15,927 nucleotides of DNA from the NCBI GenBank assembly GCA_038143065.1, contig JAYQLI010000019.1, positions 1-15,927 of the forward strand, given 5' to 3'. Positions within the stretch are counted from its first letter, which is position 1. Every line of letters begins with the position of its first letter. A program made the position numbers and the translations under genes. The notes under the pieces were generated by a model. The model did no database searches, was not told where the DNA came from, and saw nothing but the letters and a program-made list of their open reading frames with translations. Source of the stretch: Rhodospirillales bacterium. Lineage in GTDB: Bacteria; Pseudomonadota; Alphaproteobacteria; Bin95. Positions 1 through 9,735 of this stretch are shown piece after piece.

Positions 1-63
1 GGCATGGCTGAAAAATCAACTGAGTTCCGTATTGGCGGTGCAGAGGTCTATAAAAAGGTATAG
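1..63 (+). CDS. thiC: 3' end of probable phosphomethylpyrimidine synthase ThiC (partial, runs in from the left edge)
   Basis: Frame 1 reads GMAEKSTEFRIGGAEVYKKV-stop (TAG 61-63). This resembles the characteristic ThiC C-terminus (GMxxxSxxFRxxGxEIY). Only 20 codons are visible. Confidence 0.7.
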   Translation, partial: GMAEKSTEFRIGGAEVYKKV

Positions 64-76
64 TCACTTACTTCGT

Positions 77-1053
77 CTATTTACAAGCGGACGGACCTTC
101 CGCGCACTCGTACACGCGAACATAATCGACTTCCATCTGTCTCGGAAAAATTTGAGCCATCGGAAGCGCCTGACCAATTGCCGCCCCGGCAAAGTTTGAT
201 TAGATGGAAATACTTGATCGAATGGGGCATTGGGATCATTTGATGCATCGCTCGAGAACCATTGATTCTGGGTCAAACGATAGTATTCGTCCCCATTCAA
301 GAACCATCTAATTTCATCGGGATACCATTCTACCGTATAGGTGTGAAAGTCATAATATCAGATAAATATCAGAACCACCTAGGTATGTATGAGGGTCTCC
401 CCAGTGCGCAGTGCCGTGAATAGTTCTACCGCCAGAACCACCAAGGTTAACCGCCTCATAATGTCAATTTCCCCTCGGCTGGGCCAATCGACATTGTTCC
501 GGCTCGGAAGCATCCAAAAGCAGGCCAGGATCCCTGACCTGTCGGAAGCTTAATGCTTGCCTCAAATTTGCCGTAGGTGAAATCACCTTCCCGTTCGATT
601 GGATGCGACCCGATGTATATGTGCGCCCTTGATCCAACACGCCGTCAGCACGGCGCGCCGTCAAAATAAGGTTTCCATCGCTAAAGGAGACGTTTTGCGG
701 ACTGTTTGTGTAGCACTGCTGTTCGTTGTTTTCTCCGCCATTACACATACTCCGTCCGTAACTATCAGAAGTGCTCCATTTATTTGTGTCGAGCGTGCTT
801 CCTGAAAACTCATCGAACCAAACTAATTCCCAGCCATCGGCATCTGGAGCGCCACCTGAGCCGGTATCGCTTCCGCTGCCACCATCGCCGTTATTGCTGC
901 CATCGCCGGCGTTGGCCCGACTGAACCACTATTAGCAGCAGCTGTTTCTGAGTCACTGTCTATTAACATAGCCATTGCAGCACCAAGAAAAATTGGCCGA
1001 GCAAGTTGCCAAAAAGGGATGCTGCGGGGTTTCCTCCCTAGGTGGTCGAGCAT
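77..1053 (-). CDS. GH16 endo-1,3-beta-glucanase (laminarinase-type), exported, with a Gly/Ser/Asp linker; frameshifted in this assembly
   Basis: Joined across frames: hydrophobic N-terminus (ATG 1053, GAGG RBS), GDGSNNGDGGSGSDTGSGG linker, WELVWFDEF, NNEQQCYT, GNLILTARR, YTSGRIQS, GSWPAF(W)M, GEIDIM(E) catalytic motif at about 455-474, DFHTYTVEW, APFDQ, MEVDYVRVY, and stop TAG at 77-79. Confidence 0.9.
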
Positions 1054-1073
1054 GGGTGCACCTCGATCAGCGC

Positions 1074-1484
1074 CTAAGCGGCCGTGGTGCTGAATTCTGA
1101 TGGTGATTTTTCACTTGCGAATAAGTAAAAAGTTAAACCAACAAAATCACTTTCACGATGCCCAAATCGATCTAGTCGATGGCCCGCCTCGAGTTGAAGA
1201 CCAAAAGGCAAATAGGCTTTTAGCGTCCGCGCACCGCCCATCCGCCAACCCCCCCAGCGCCCTTTAGCAACATAAGCATGGCGAAGAAAAGTAAGCTTTG
1301 GCAAATAAGGTACTGCAGGTAATGGAACGGCAACATCTACTTTACGAAAATCGCTTTCTACAGTAAGCCCTTGCAACTCCAAACCACCCCAGCTAGGAAC
1401 ATTGGCCGGCGACATGTGATCTTGCGCGCTGGCAGCGCCCTCCATCGCACACAAAAGCACAAAACCGCGAATACAACTTTTCAA
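1074..1484 (-). CDS. Hypothetical exported protein, 136 aa
   Basis: The ORF fills the gap between the symporter and GH16 on the same strand. It has a TTG start with an AAGGA RBS and a signal-peptide-like N-terminus (MKSCIRGFVLLCAMEGAASA-Q). No family recognised. Confidence 0.6.
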   Translation of the reverse strand: MKSCIRGFVLLCAMEGAASAQDHMSPANVPSWGGLELQGLTVESDFRKVDVAVPLPAVPYLPKLTFLRHAYVAKGRWGGWRMGGARTLKAYLPFGLQLEAGHRLDRFGHRESDFVGLTFYLFASEKSPSEFSTTAA

Positions 1485-1511
1485 TTTAATCCAGTCCTTA
1501 CTTCGCTAGCA

Positions 1512-3094
1512 CTACCAAAAATAGATATAGATGGCGATTAGAATGATCGTCAGGCCCACAGCTGATTGGTTAAAGCCGCGCGTCGTTACGAAATTCATAC
1601 CTGACAAATCAATGGCCTCGCTGTCGTTGGCTTTATCCATATTGGAGGCTAGATAGCCGACCACCAGACAACTCAGGAAGACGATCCATATGCGAATGAC
1701 AAAAGCCAAATCGGGGTTAGGAATTTCAAAGCAATATTGGCCAATACGGAAACAATCAGCATGGCGAATGCGCCTCGCGCATTACAGCCCTTCCAGAACA
1801 TACCAAGCAAAAACACCGAGACAATACCCGGGGCAATAAAACCAGTATATTCTTGAATAGCTTGGAAAGCGCTTTCCATTCCACCCAGGAATGGGCGCGC
1901 CAAAATAACCGCGATGATAATGGCAGCTGCCGAAGTGAGACGGCCAATGCTCACATAATGGGCCTCCGTGCGGCCCGGTGCGATCAGGTCGCGGTAAATA
2001 TCCATGGTGAAAATCGTTGAAATAGAATTCATCATTGAAGCCAGAGAGGACACAATCGCAGCAATCAGTGCGGCAAACACTAGACCGCGCAAGCCTTCAG
2101 GCACCAGACCCATCAAAATGCCGTAGGTCGAGTCGGGCTTGCCGCCAAGCGCGCCATGTCAATTGCCCTTCACGCGCCAGATAAAGCGCGGCTATGCCAG
2201 GAATAACAACGATAATCAGGATCAGCAATTTCAGCGCCGCAAAGGCCAAACCCTTTTGCGCTTCGGCCAAACTTTCAGCGCCTAGCGCGCGCTGGATGAT
2301 ATATTGGTTGAAACCCCAATAGGAGAAATGCAGCACCCATAGTCCGCCCAATAGCGTCCAAATGCCAGGCAGATTATTATAACTCGGATTTTCGGCGCTA
2401 GTATCATCTCAAAATGGCCTGGAATTTCGCTCATCAGCGTACCAAGACCTGCAAAAATTCCAGCGCCGTTGCCAACAAGCGACAGCACAATGCCGGTAAT
2501 AGCAAAGCCACCGGCGACAAGCACTACCACCTGAATAATATCCGTCAGTGCGACAGCTTTAAGCCCGCCATAAAGTGAATAAATCACTGCAAAAGCGGCC
2601 AGACCCATCATCGCGGCAATCACGTTCCAGCCGGTCAGGGCGGTCAAAGCGAGGCCGCCAAGCCATAACACGGCGGTCAGATTGACGGCGGTGTAAAGCA
2701 CCACCCAAAAAATCAGCCATCATGGATTTAATTGTATGGGCCAAATCGCAATTCTAGGAATTGCGGCATGGTGTAAATCTTCTTTTCAAGGAAAATATCG
2801 GCAGAAAATATTTGGCGACAATAATCAGCACAATCGCCGCTTGCCACTCATAAGCGGCAATGGCGAGACCAACCACAAACCCCTGACCTGATTGGCCAAT
2901 AATTTGTTCAGCTGATATGTTTGCCGCAATCAGCGACGCGCCAATGGCCCACCAAGGTAACGATTTGCCTGCCAGAGAAATAATCTTCACTCGACATATC
3001 CGCCGGTGACTTGCGGGTCGATACATAAAGGGCAACGCTCAGTAAAACCACCGCATAAATCCCGATAACAGGTAAGATCAATTGATGTAAGCAC
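1512..3094 (-). CDS. Sodium:solute symporter (SSS), vSGLT-like Na+/glucose or galactose cotransporter; frameshifted
   Basis: GTG start at 3094 behind GGAGG. Fragments read LAGKSLPWWAIGASLIAANISAEQ, AIAAYEW, YSLYGGLKAVALTDIIQVVVL, YWGFNQYIIQRALGA, AAIVSSLASMMNSISTIFTMDIY and AFQAIQEYTGF, ending in IYIYFW-stop. These match the vSGLT subfamily pattern. Confidence 0.93.
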
Positions 3095-3130
3095 AGCCTA
3101 CCTCCCCCTTCGCAAAAGAGACCTCAGAGA

Positions 3131-3150
3131 TTGTGACAGCGTTGTCATAA
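3131..3150. promoter_or_regulatory. LacI-family-type operator palindrome upstream of the symporter
   Basis: TTGTGACAGCGTTGTCATAA is a near-perfect 20-bp palindrome with a central CG (core TGACAGCGTTGTCA, 3134-3147). It lies just downstream of a predicted -10 element. Confidence 0.75.
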
Positions 3151-3155
3151 CCCAG

Positions 3156-3184
3156 AGAATGGCGCAAATAAAATTTTATTTCAA
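3156..3184 (-). promoter_or_regulatory. Putative sigma70 promoter for symporter-hypothetical-GH16
   Basis: On the minus strand: TTGAAA (3184-3179), 17 nt, CATTCT (3161-3156), in the 105-bp gap between the GH3 stop and the symporter start. Confidence 0.5.
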
Positions 3185-3199
3185 GCGAGCTTGTTGACC

Positions 3200-5086
3200 C
3201 TAATAGCTAAGGCCAAAACCCCGCTCAAAACGTGTTGGGGCGGGCACTTGCAGTTGCCGCCGTTGGCTGGCCACGCAAATGGCAAACGACCTGTGAAATT
3301 ATAACCCGCTTTGCCATTTTTCTTGCTAAAAGAACATCGGCAATGCCGCCGCCCTCACTTCCAGGAAGCCAAAGCAACGACAAAAGCATCAGCCAGATTA
3401 GCAATCAGTCGGTCTAAAACCGGACGGACGGCCGGTCAAGAAAACGCCGACTGTCTTAACCCCTTTTTCTTCATATCTTCAAAAGATTTGTCATCACTAG
3501 CACTCAACTTATCAAAGTCAGTACTTTCCTTATCGCCGTCGAACTCGGCATATGGAGTTTCACCCAAAACATAAACCGCAGTGTCGCCTGGCTTTCAGGG
3601 ATCGCTCTCATTCGCTACTAGAACGTTATTTTCTTTCAATGCTTCACGCAAGCCATCACCTGATGATGTATGGCCTGAATATTTTCTTGCTGCTTACATC
3701 TCGCCCTTGCCAATCCATGGTCCATCCGCCAGACTGCATCTTAACATTATCAACCCAGGCCCGGATAAGAGACGCGAGAACTTTCAATTGGTAATGCATT
3801 ATCGTTTTTCAAAAGGGTCAAGGATTTGCGAACGGCGGCCCGAGCGACATTCCGATGGGAGCAAATCCAATCAACCATCGCGTCCGGCAATACAGCGTTC
3901 ACTGGGCGATTTCCCCTTCATAAGGCCAGAACGAAATTTAACGCGTCAAAATGCGCCGCACGGCATCGTCAACGCGGGCACGGGAGATGTCGCCGCGTTT
4001 GACCTGTGAAACCGTGTATTTCGATAAATTTCCGCCAATCATATGGAACCATAATCATATCGACGCCGGCATTAATTGCGTCTGCACAACTTGAAGGAGA
4101 GCAGCCAGGCACCTGTTCGTGACCGTTCCAATCACCCACCACAAACCCATCAAATCCCATCCGACCTTTTAGGATGTCCGTGAGCAGATATTTATGATGA
4201 TGCATTTTATGACCGTTCCAGCTACTGAAGCTCGCCATTACGGTTTGAACGCCAACCCAATGCATCGATGTAGGGACGACCATGAAGCTCCGACAATTTC
4301 TTTTCACTGATAGGCACGTCGCCCTGGTCAATTTTATTATTACGCCCAGTTCCATAGACTGGACCCCCATCCCCAACAAAGTGTTTCGCCGTTGCAATAA
4401 CTTTCTCTTCAGATAGAAAATTATCCAGCGCAGGGTGTCCTTGCAGACCAAGGAAAATCTCTTTGGACAAACTTGACTATCTCTGGATCGGATGAATAAC
4501 CCTCATATGTTCGCCCCCATCGGACATCTTGAACATTGCCAAGTGTCGGTGCAAAAACCCAATCAATGCCGGTAACGGCAACCTCGCGTGCTGTTGCTAT
4601 GCCAATGTTGCGCATTAAAGCCGGATCGTTGGCCGCACCCAGACCAATATTGTGCGGAAAGATTGTTGCTCCCGCCAGATTATTGTGACCGTGAACAGCG
4701 TCAGTTCCCCAAATAATCGGAATACCTGATTTTGATTTAGCGGTTTCCTTGAAATACAAATCGGCCATTGCAACCAATCGACAGGCCGAGATCCAGGCTC
4801 TTCAGTTGGCCAAGATCCACCGCCATTTAACAGCCCACCAACATAATTCCGCTTGGCATCCTTGGGAGAAATTGCCTTAATCTCTGCCATGATCAACTGG
4901 CCAACTTTTCTCGCAGTTTCATCAGCCAAAACAGCAGAAATTCTTATTTTCCTAATTCTGATCAACCGGATGGTTGTTTTCACCTTAGGCCACAATTGTT
5001 GCTTCAGCAATCGCCGGTTGCAATAGAGTTAAAAAATAAGGGCAAAACATCCAGACAAAAAGTTCGATAGCAAGAATAATGGTCAT
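3200..5086 (-). CDS. GH3 beta-glucosidase / exo-beta-glucanase (ExoI/ExoP-like), probably periplasmic; frameshifted
   Basis: ATG 5086 with a GAGGA RBS and a signal-like N-terminus ending AIA-E. Motifs: KVGQLIMAE, LNGGGS, WGTDAVHGHNN, FPHNIGLGA, RWGRTYEGYS, AKHFVGDGG, GFVVGDWNG (nucleophile Asp). The C-domain, missed by the ORF track, reads QSGGWTMDWQG, GETPYAEFDGD, LTGRP, LPGSEGGGIADVL, FTGRLPFAWP and GFGLSY-stop (TAG 3200-3202). Confidence 0.92.
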
Positions 5087-5148
5087 TGTGATATCCTCAG
5101 AAACCCCTCTCCGGACACTGGCTGAGGAGGGTCAGTAATCATAAAGTG

Positions 5149-8100
5149 CTAAAAATGTTTCGGACGCGAATACCAAAGGTCCGCTCGATTGAAGAACCTC
5201 GTATTATCACGCTGTGTAAGAATGATAGCTTGCGGCTGGATTTCATTTGTGACATTGTTGAGGATCGCCTCAACTTTGATAACGATCGTCTCCAAACAGG
5301 CGTCCAACCAGCTCCGATATCAAAAGTCCAATAGTCACCCACAACTTCATCCAAGCGCTCTTCACTTAGTCGCCAGGATAAATCCGACCATTAAATACTG
5401 TCATAAACATTTCAGAGCGGTAACCCGGCCGACACAATCAATCGAGCGAACCGTAATCACCCAAATTTTCTGAGCGGCTGATATTCGCACGAAGCTGGAT
5501 TTCGGGCGCGCGCGGAAGTTCATGGCCATCAATTGACACGTATTTTGCTGTAATAAGGGACTGGGTCGTGCCATTATTAGCCTTCACAAGCTGAACATCT
5601 TCGCGCTCTTCATATCGACTGTCGTTGATATCCTGGTCAGTGCTCAGTTCGGAAGTCATAAACACTGCAGACAGATCAAGGTTTAATCCATTTGCAAAAT
5701 CGAGCCCCAAGTCTACGTTCAGGCCCATAATTTCGGCTTCGGCAGCATTGAAATTGTAGGTAACAACCTGGTTCAATGATGGGTTATCCGCTGTATCTCC
5801 GCCAAAATTTCCTTCGTCACCTACCCCAGTAATAATTTGACCTAAGGTCGTAACCGTTTAGAGCGAAAATTGATCCAACTGACGTCAACGTTGAAACAAC
5901 CATATCTTGATAGTCATAATAGAAACCAGCGAGATTGAGCTTTACTCCCGTTGGTTCCGTACTCAAACTCCTGCTTCGAGCCAACTTCATAGTAGAGGAC
6001 GCTTTCGCTCTCGTATTCGGGGCTTGAGTAGTGGCATCAAAGGCAACAGGCGCCGTTCCAGCACGACCCGCCGAGATTGGCGCCTCTGTTCCTGCCAAGT
6101 TATCATTAAATCCACCCGATTTGTGACCCGTCGCAATTGTCGCATAGGTCAGCCAATCTGCATGAACATCGTATTCAAACCGCAAACGCCAATCATCAAA
6201 ATCATTTTCGATGCGACCATTTTGGATGGCGATGTGACCATATGGGGCTGCATAAGAATAAATGTCATAATCCAGGCCAGCGATTGCGCCGTCTACGCAA
6301 CCAATATCCATCATATCGCCATTCTCATTTTCCCAGACTGCTGTGTCGGCGTCTACGCAACGGCCCAAGTGTTGGATTGGCGGCTAATGCAGCCGCACCG
6401 ACATAGGCATTGCTATTCGGGTCCCACCATTACCTTCCAGTTGTTCGCCTGCAGCAAGAATTTCATCGATATTATCGTCTTCCCCCCAACGGGCTACGCC
6501 ATCCAGCATCCAAGCAACGCGCTCGTTGCCGGTTAAAGTCCATCCCCGTCAGTGTCAGGGTTGTAGATTGTTCGGTTGAACTTGGCGAACTCAAAGCCCG
6601 GGGTTCCAAACCGCGCGGTTCCGATATCGCCCCACATGGAAGCCATATGATTAAATCCATTCGGCCGGTTTGTGCCTGCGGCATTACCCGCAATGCTGTC
6701 GGAACAATATTGGGCATTTCCGCAATTACCAAGGGCAATGAGAAAACACCGTTCACGCCATAGCGTTCAATTTCCTCGTCGGTAGCACGATACCCCGCCG
6801 TCAAACGCATGTCGTCTGCCAAGTCATATGTGCCGTCAAAATAAATTGCGGAGCTTTCAGAATTGTGTTCTTGTATTAAACTCTTGCCCCAACCAGTTTC
6901 CGTTTACACGATCGCTGGTTGCTCCCAGGAAAAGAACGCTGCTCCTCTTCAAATAGGAATATTCCCGCTGTGTAATTTAGGGGAAGCCCAAAAGATGAAG
7001 CCTCATTGCTTACAAACCGCAGTTCGGCCACGTCAGAATCAGATTCGTTAACGATGTTGAAAAAGGAATGATTATCATAAATCTCAGAGGTAGGGCGTGT
7101 GCGCGTGCTTTGATTATACTGCGTGCTATCAGGCCGCGTTACCAGGAGCCAAATTGTCTAAAACCCCTGTGTAAAATGGCGTCATCGGTGTTGCAGCGCG
7201 ATAATCATAAACCATTTCGCGGCGGCTGATCAAAAGCTCCAAGTCACCATAATCTATTCGCATAATCAATCTCTACTTTTGTTCCCTCATGGTCGAGTAT
7301 CGAGCACTGGCTCGTCGGCCCATCGCAAAACGACTTCACGGGGATTATCGATTGAGTCTGGGTTTACGCCATTTCCAAGAGGATTTGCAAAGTTTGAACC
7401 AGTCCAACCCGTCCCGTCTTCTTCAATTTTGTCATGCGTAAAAGTAATCGCTAAGTCGCTTGTTGGCTCGATAAGATAGGACAGCCGATATGAGAAATCG
7501 TCCTGCCCGTTCGCCCCATCTTTGGGGTCTGGTCCGTCGGTTGTAACGCCAAGATCAGCCCGAGAAGGACCCTTATTAATATAAAGAGGATCATTTTCTG
7601 ATCGGTAAAAGGCAAAACGCGCGGCAGACTTATCATTAATTCCCCAAGTTAAGAACACCCTCAGATGTAAATTCATTATTTTTACCAAACCGACTTCAAA
7701 CATTCCGTCAGTTGTACCAATGCCCGGCTTGAAGGCAATAACGTCAACTTGACCCCGCCATCGACTGTCTTCCACGAAGCGTTCCCTGTGGTCCGAAGTT
7801 CACCTCGACCCGGGCAATGTCAAAAAATGCCGAGCCAAAACCTGCTGGACGAGGGACATATACTCCATCGACGTGGGTCGCAGCAGATGGGTTGCCAAAT
7901 TCTGTATTATTTGAGTTACCAACTCCGCGGATCCAAACTTCAATGTTGCCGCCATTATTAGCGATATTCAATCCAGGCAAAGCTCCGTCCAAATCGGACA
8001 TTTTCTTGAGGTTTAATTCTTTTAGCGCTTCTGTATCGATGACGCCTGCTGTACCAGCAAGATCTTGCAAGTCCTGTGATCGGCGTTCAACTGTGACGAT

Positions 8101-8220
8101 GATTTCATCAACGCCGCCCTCTTCTTGAGCTACAGCTCCGGAGACTGGCACTAAAATTGCTGCCAATGCTGATGTTACAATAAGATTGCCCTGCAATCGT
8201 CCTTTAAAACTCTTGCGCAT
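5149..8220 (-). CDS. TonB-dependent receptor (about 1020 aa), probably a beta-gluco-oligosaccharide importer; frameshifted
   Basis: ATG 8220 behind AGGAGG, signal peptide ending AVA-Q, TonB box DEIIVT, plug motifs WIRGVG, VDGVYVPRP and FFDIARVEVNFGPQGTLRG. Barrel motifs include TYATIATGHKSGGFN and NLAGFYYDYQD. The C-terminus RTFGIRVR..F ends in a terminal Phe plus TAG at 5149 if one base is restored (5139 as read). Substrate is inferred from gene context. Confidence 0.92.
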
Positions 8221-8309
8221 GATAGAATTTCCCTCCTGATTGCCGCCAAACATTTGCGGACGGCGTTTCCTACTCCCAAAATAGGAATTAACTCAAATAA
8301 ATAAGTTTT

Positions 8310-8323
8310 GTCCACCGCTGTCA
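8310..8323. promoter_or_regulatory. LacI-type operator copy immediately downstream of the receptor -10 element
   Basis: The minus strand reads TGACAGCGGTGGAC, sharing the 8-bp TGACAGCG half with the 3134-3147 palindrome. Confidence 0.6.
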
Positions 8324-8352
8324 ATGATAAAAGTCTAACGCTGTCATTTCAA
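8324..8352 (-). promoter_or_regulatory. Putative sigma70 promoter of the TonB-dependent receptor, with an operator copy in the spacer
   Basis: TTGAAA (8352-8347), 17 nt, TATCAT (8329-8324). The spacer contains TGACAGCGTTAGAC (8346-8333). Confidence 0.7.
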
Positions 8353-8530
8353 AAAGGAAAGAAGTTTGTCATCAGCCTAGAAAATGATTGCGAGGAAAAT
8401 AATGCCTCGAGAGAGATGACAGTTTTTGTGAATAAAACCTGCAAATGATCTTAATTAAAATCTTTATTTAACTCCGAAATTGGAGCGCGGTTGTTGATCG
8501 AAAATATGATCAAAACTAGGCATGCTGGAT

Positions 8531-9735
8531 CTATCGTTCGCCCAGTGATTCAAAAAAAGTGTTTTGGTGACGGGCTTGAGAAGGTAATTTAATATTGTAT
8601 TTTTGCCTGTCTTCACTTCAACCATTGTTGTCATACCCGGTAAAATTTGGAGATTCTTGTTCTTGCTGACGGAGAACTCTCGACCCTTTGTTCTAACCTG
8701 AAGTTTATAAAATGGATCCTGTCCCTTTGACGCCTCATCCTGCAATGTATCAGCACTGATGTACACGACCGAACCTTCTAAATTGCCGTAAATCGTAAAG
8801 TCAAACGCGTCAAGTTTTACGGTCGCGTCTTGGTTTAAATGAACAAATCCAATATCAGCGGGAGACAGCTTTGCCTCAATAACAAAATCTTCTTCAATTG
8901 GGACAATTTCCATCACATCTTCGCCCGGGCGTATCACTCCACCCTCGGTCGTTACACGAATATTCTTAACAACGCCCCTCAGAGGAGCATTTCAATGAGT
9001 TTTGACCCAGTTGCCTTTCTTTTTGCACAAGGGCCTGTCGAACGCTCTCAAGCTCTTCTTCCGTCTCATTAAATTCAGCCTGAATATCTTTGAAATATTT
9101 GTTCCGCTTATTTGTAATTTCAGCATTTAACTCAGCCTCTTGTCGCCTGAGCCTTAGTATTTCAGTCCTGCTAACATCGCCAAATTCTAAAGAGGCTCAT
9201 TCATTGAAATTTCTTCTTTTACCAATGTCAATATCTTTTCTAGAGCCGCCAACTCTTCTGATTGCGAGGCTTTTCGTTTTTGGAATAATGCGAGTTGGCT
9301 TTTCACAAATTTTGGATAAGCATTAACTTCTTTAGGAAAAACGGGCTCACTTTGGCCATTTCAGCCTCAAGGCGTGCCATATTCGCCATCAGTCCTGCAG
9401 CTCTTGGCTTTGGCATCCTGATAGTTCGCCAAGGCCTCAGTCTGGTCAAAGCGCGCGATGACCTGTCCTTTGTTTACTTCATCACCAGCACTGACTGGCA
9501 AAGACAGAAGGACGCCGCCATCTTTTGACTGAATAATTTGAACCTTTGAGCTAGGCATAATAACACCCGGCGCACGAACCACTTGATCAATTTCAAAGGC
9601 ATATGCCCAGACTAGGAAGCTCGAAAGTGCAAGCACGGTAAGCCGCAGAACCCATCTTGCTCCTTTGAGCTCGATGTCCAGGCTTTTCGGGTCAATCACT
9701 TGATCTTGGCGCAAGGATGATACGACTTGCTTCAT
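8531..9735 (-). CDS. Type I secretion membrane fusion protein (HlyD family); frameshifted
   Basis: N-terminal TM segment followed by IDQVVRAPG..PSSKVQIIQSKDGG and GDEVNKGQVIARFD. The C-terminal part has EIVP, DIGFV, VKLDAFDFTIYG, ISADT, ILPGMT..VEVKTG and YLLKP. Correcting a T-run gives the typical ending ESLGER-stop at 8531 (8464 as read). Its start overlaps the ABC gene stop (ATGA). Confidence 0.93.

Noticed and set aside
354-373. Short tandem duplication (aatatcaga twice) in GH16
   Set aside because: It coincides with a frameshift, is too short to interpret, and may be a consensus artefact.
3200-3968. Apparent gene-free gap or separate + strand genes between the symporter and GH3
   Set aside because: Manual minus-strand translation shows the GH3 C-terminal domain (QSGGWT, PYAEFDGD, PGSEG, GFGLSY).
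5103-5132. GC-rich imperfect hairpin between the receptor and GH3
   Set aside because: The stem has mismatches and the U-tract is short. It could be an mRNA-stabilising element but is not supportable as a terminator.
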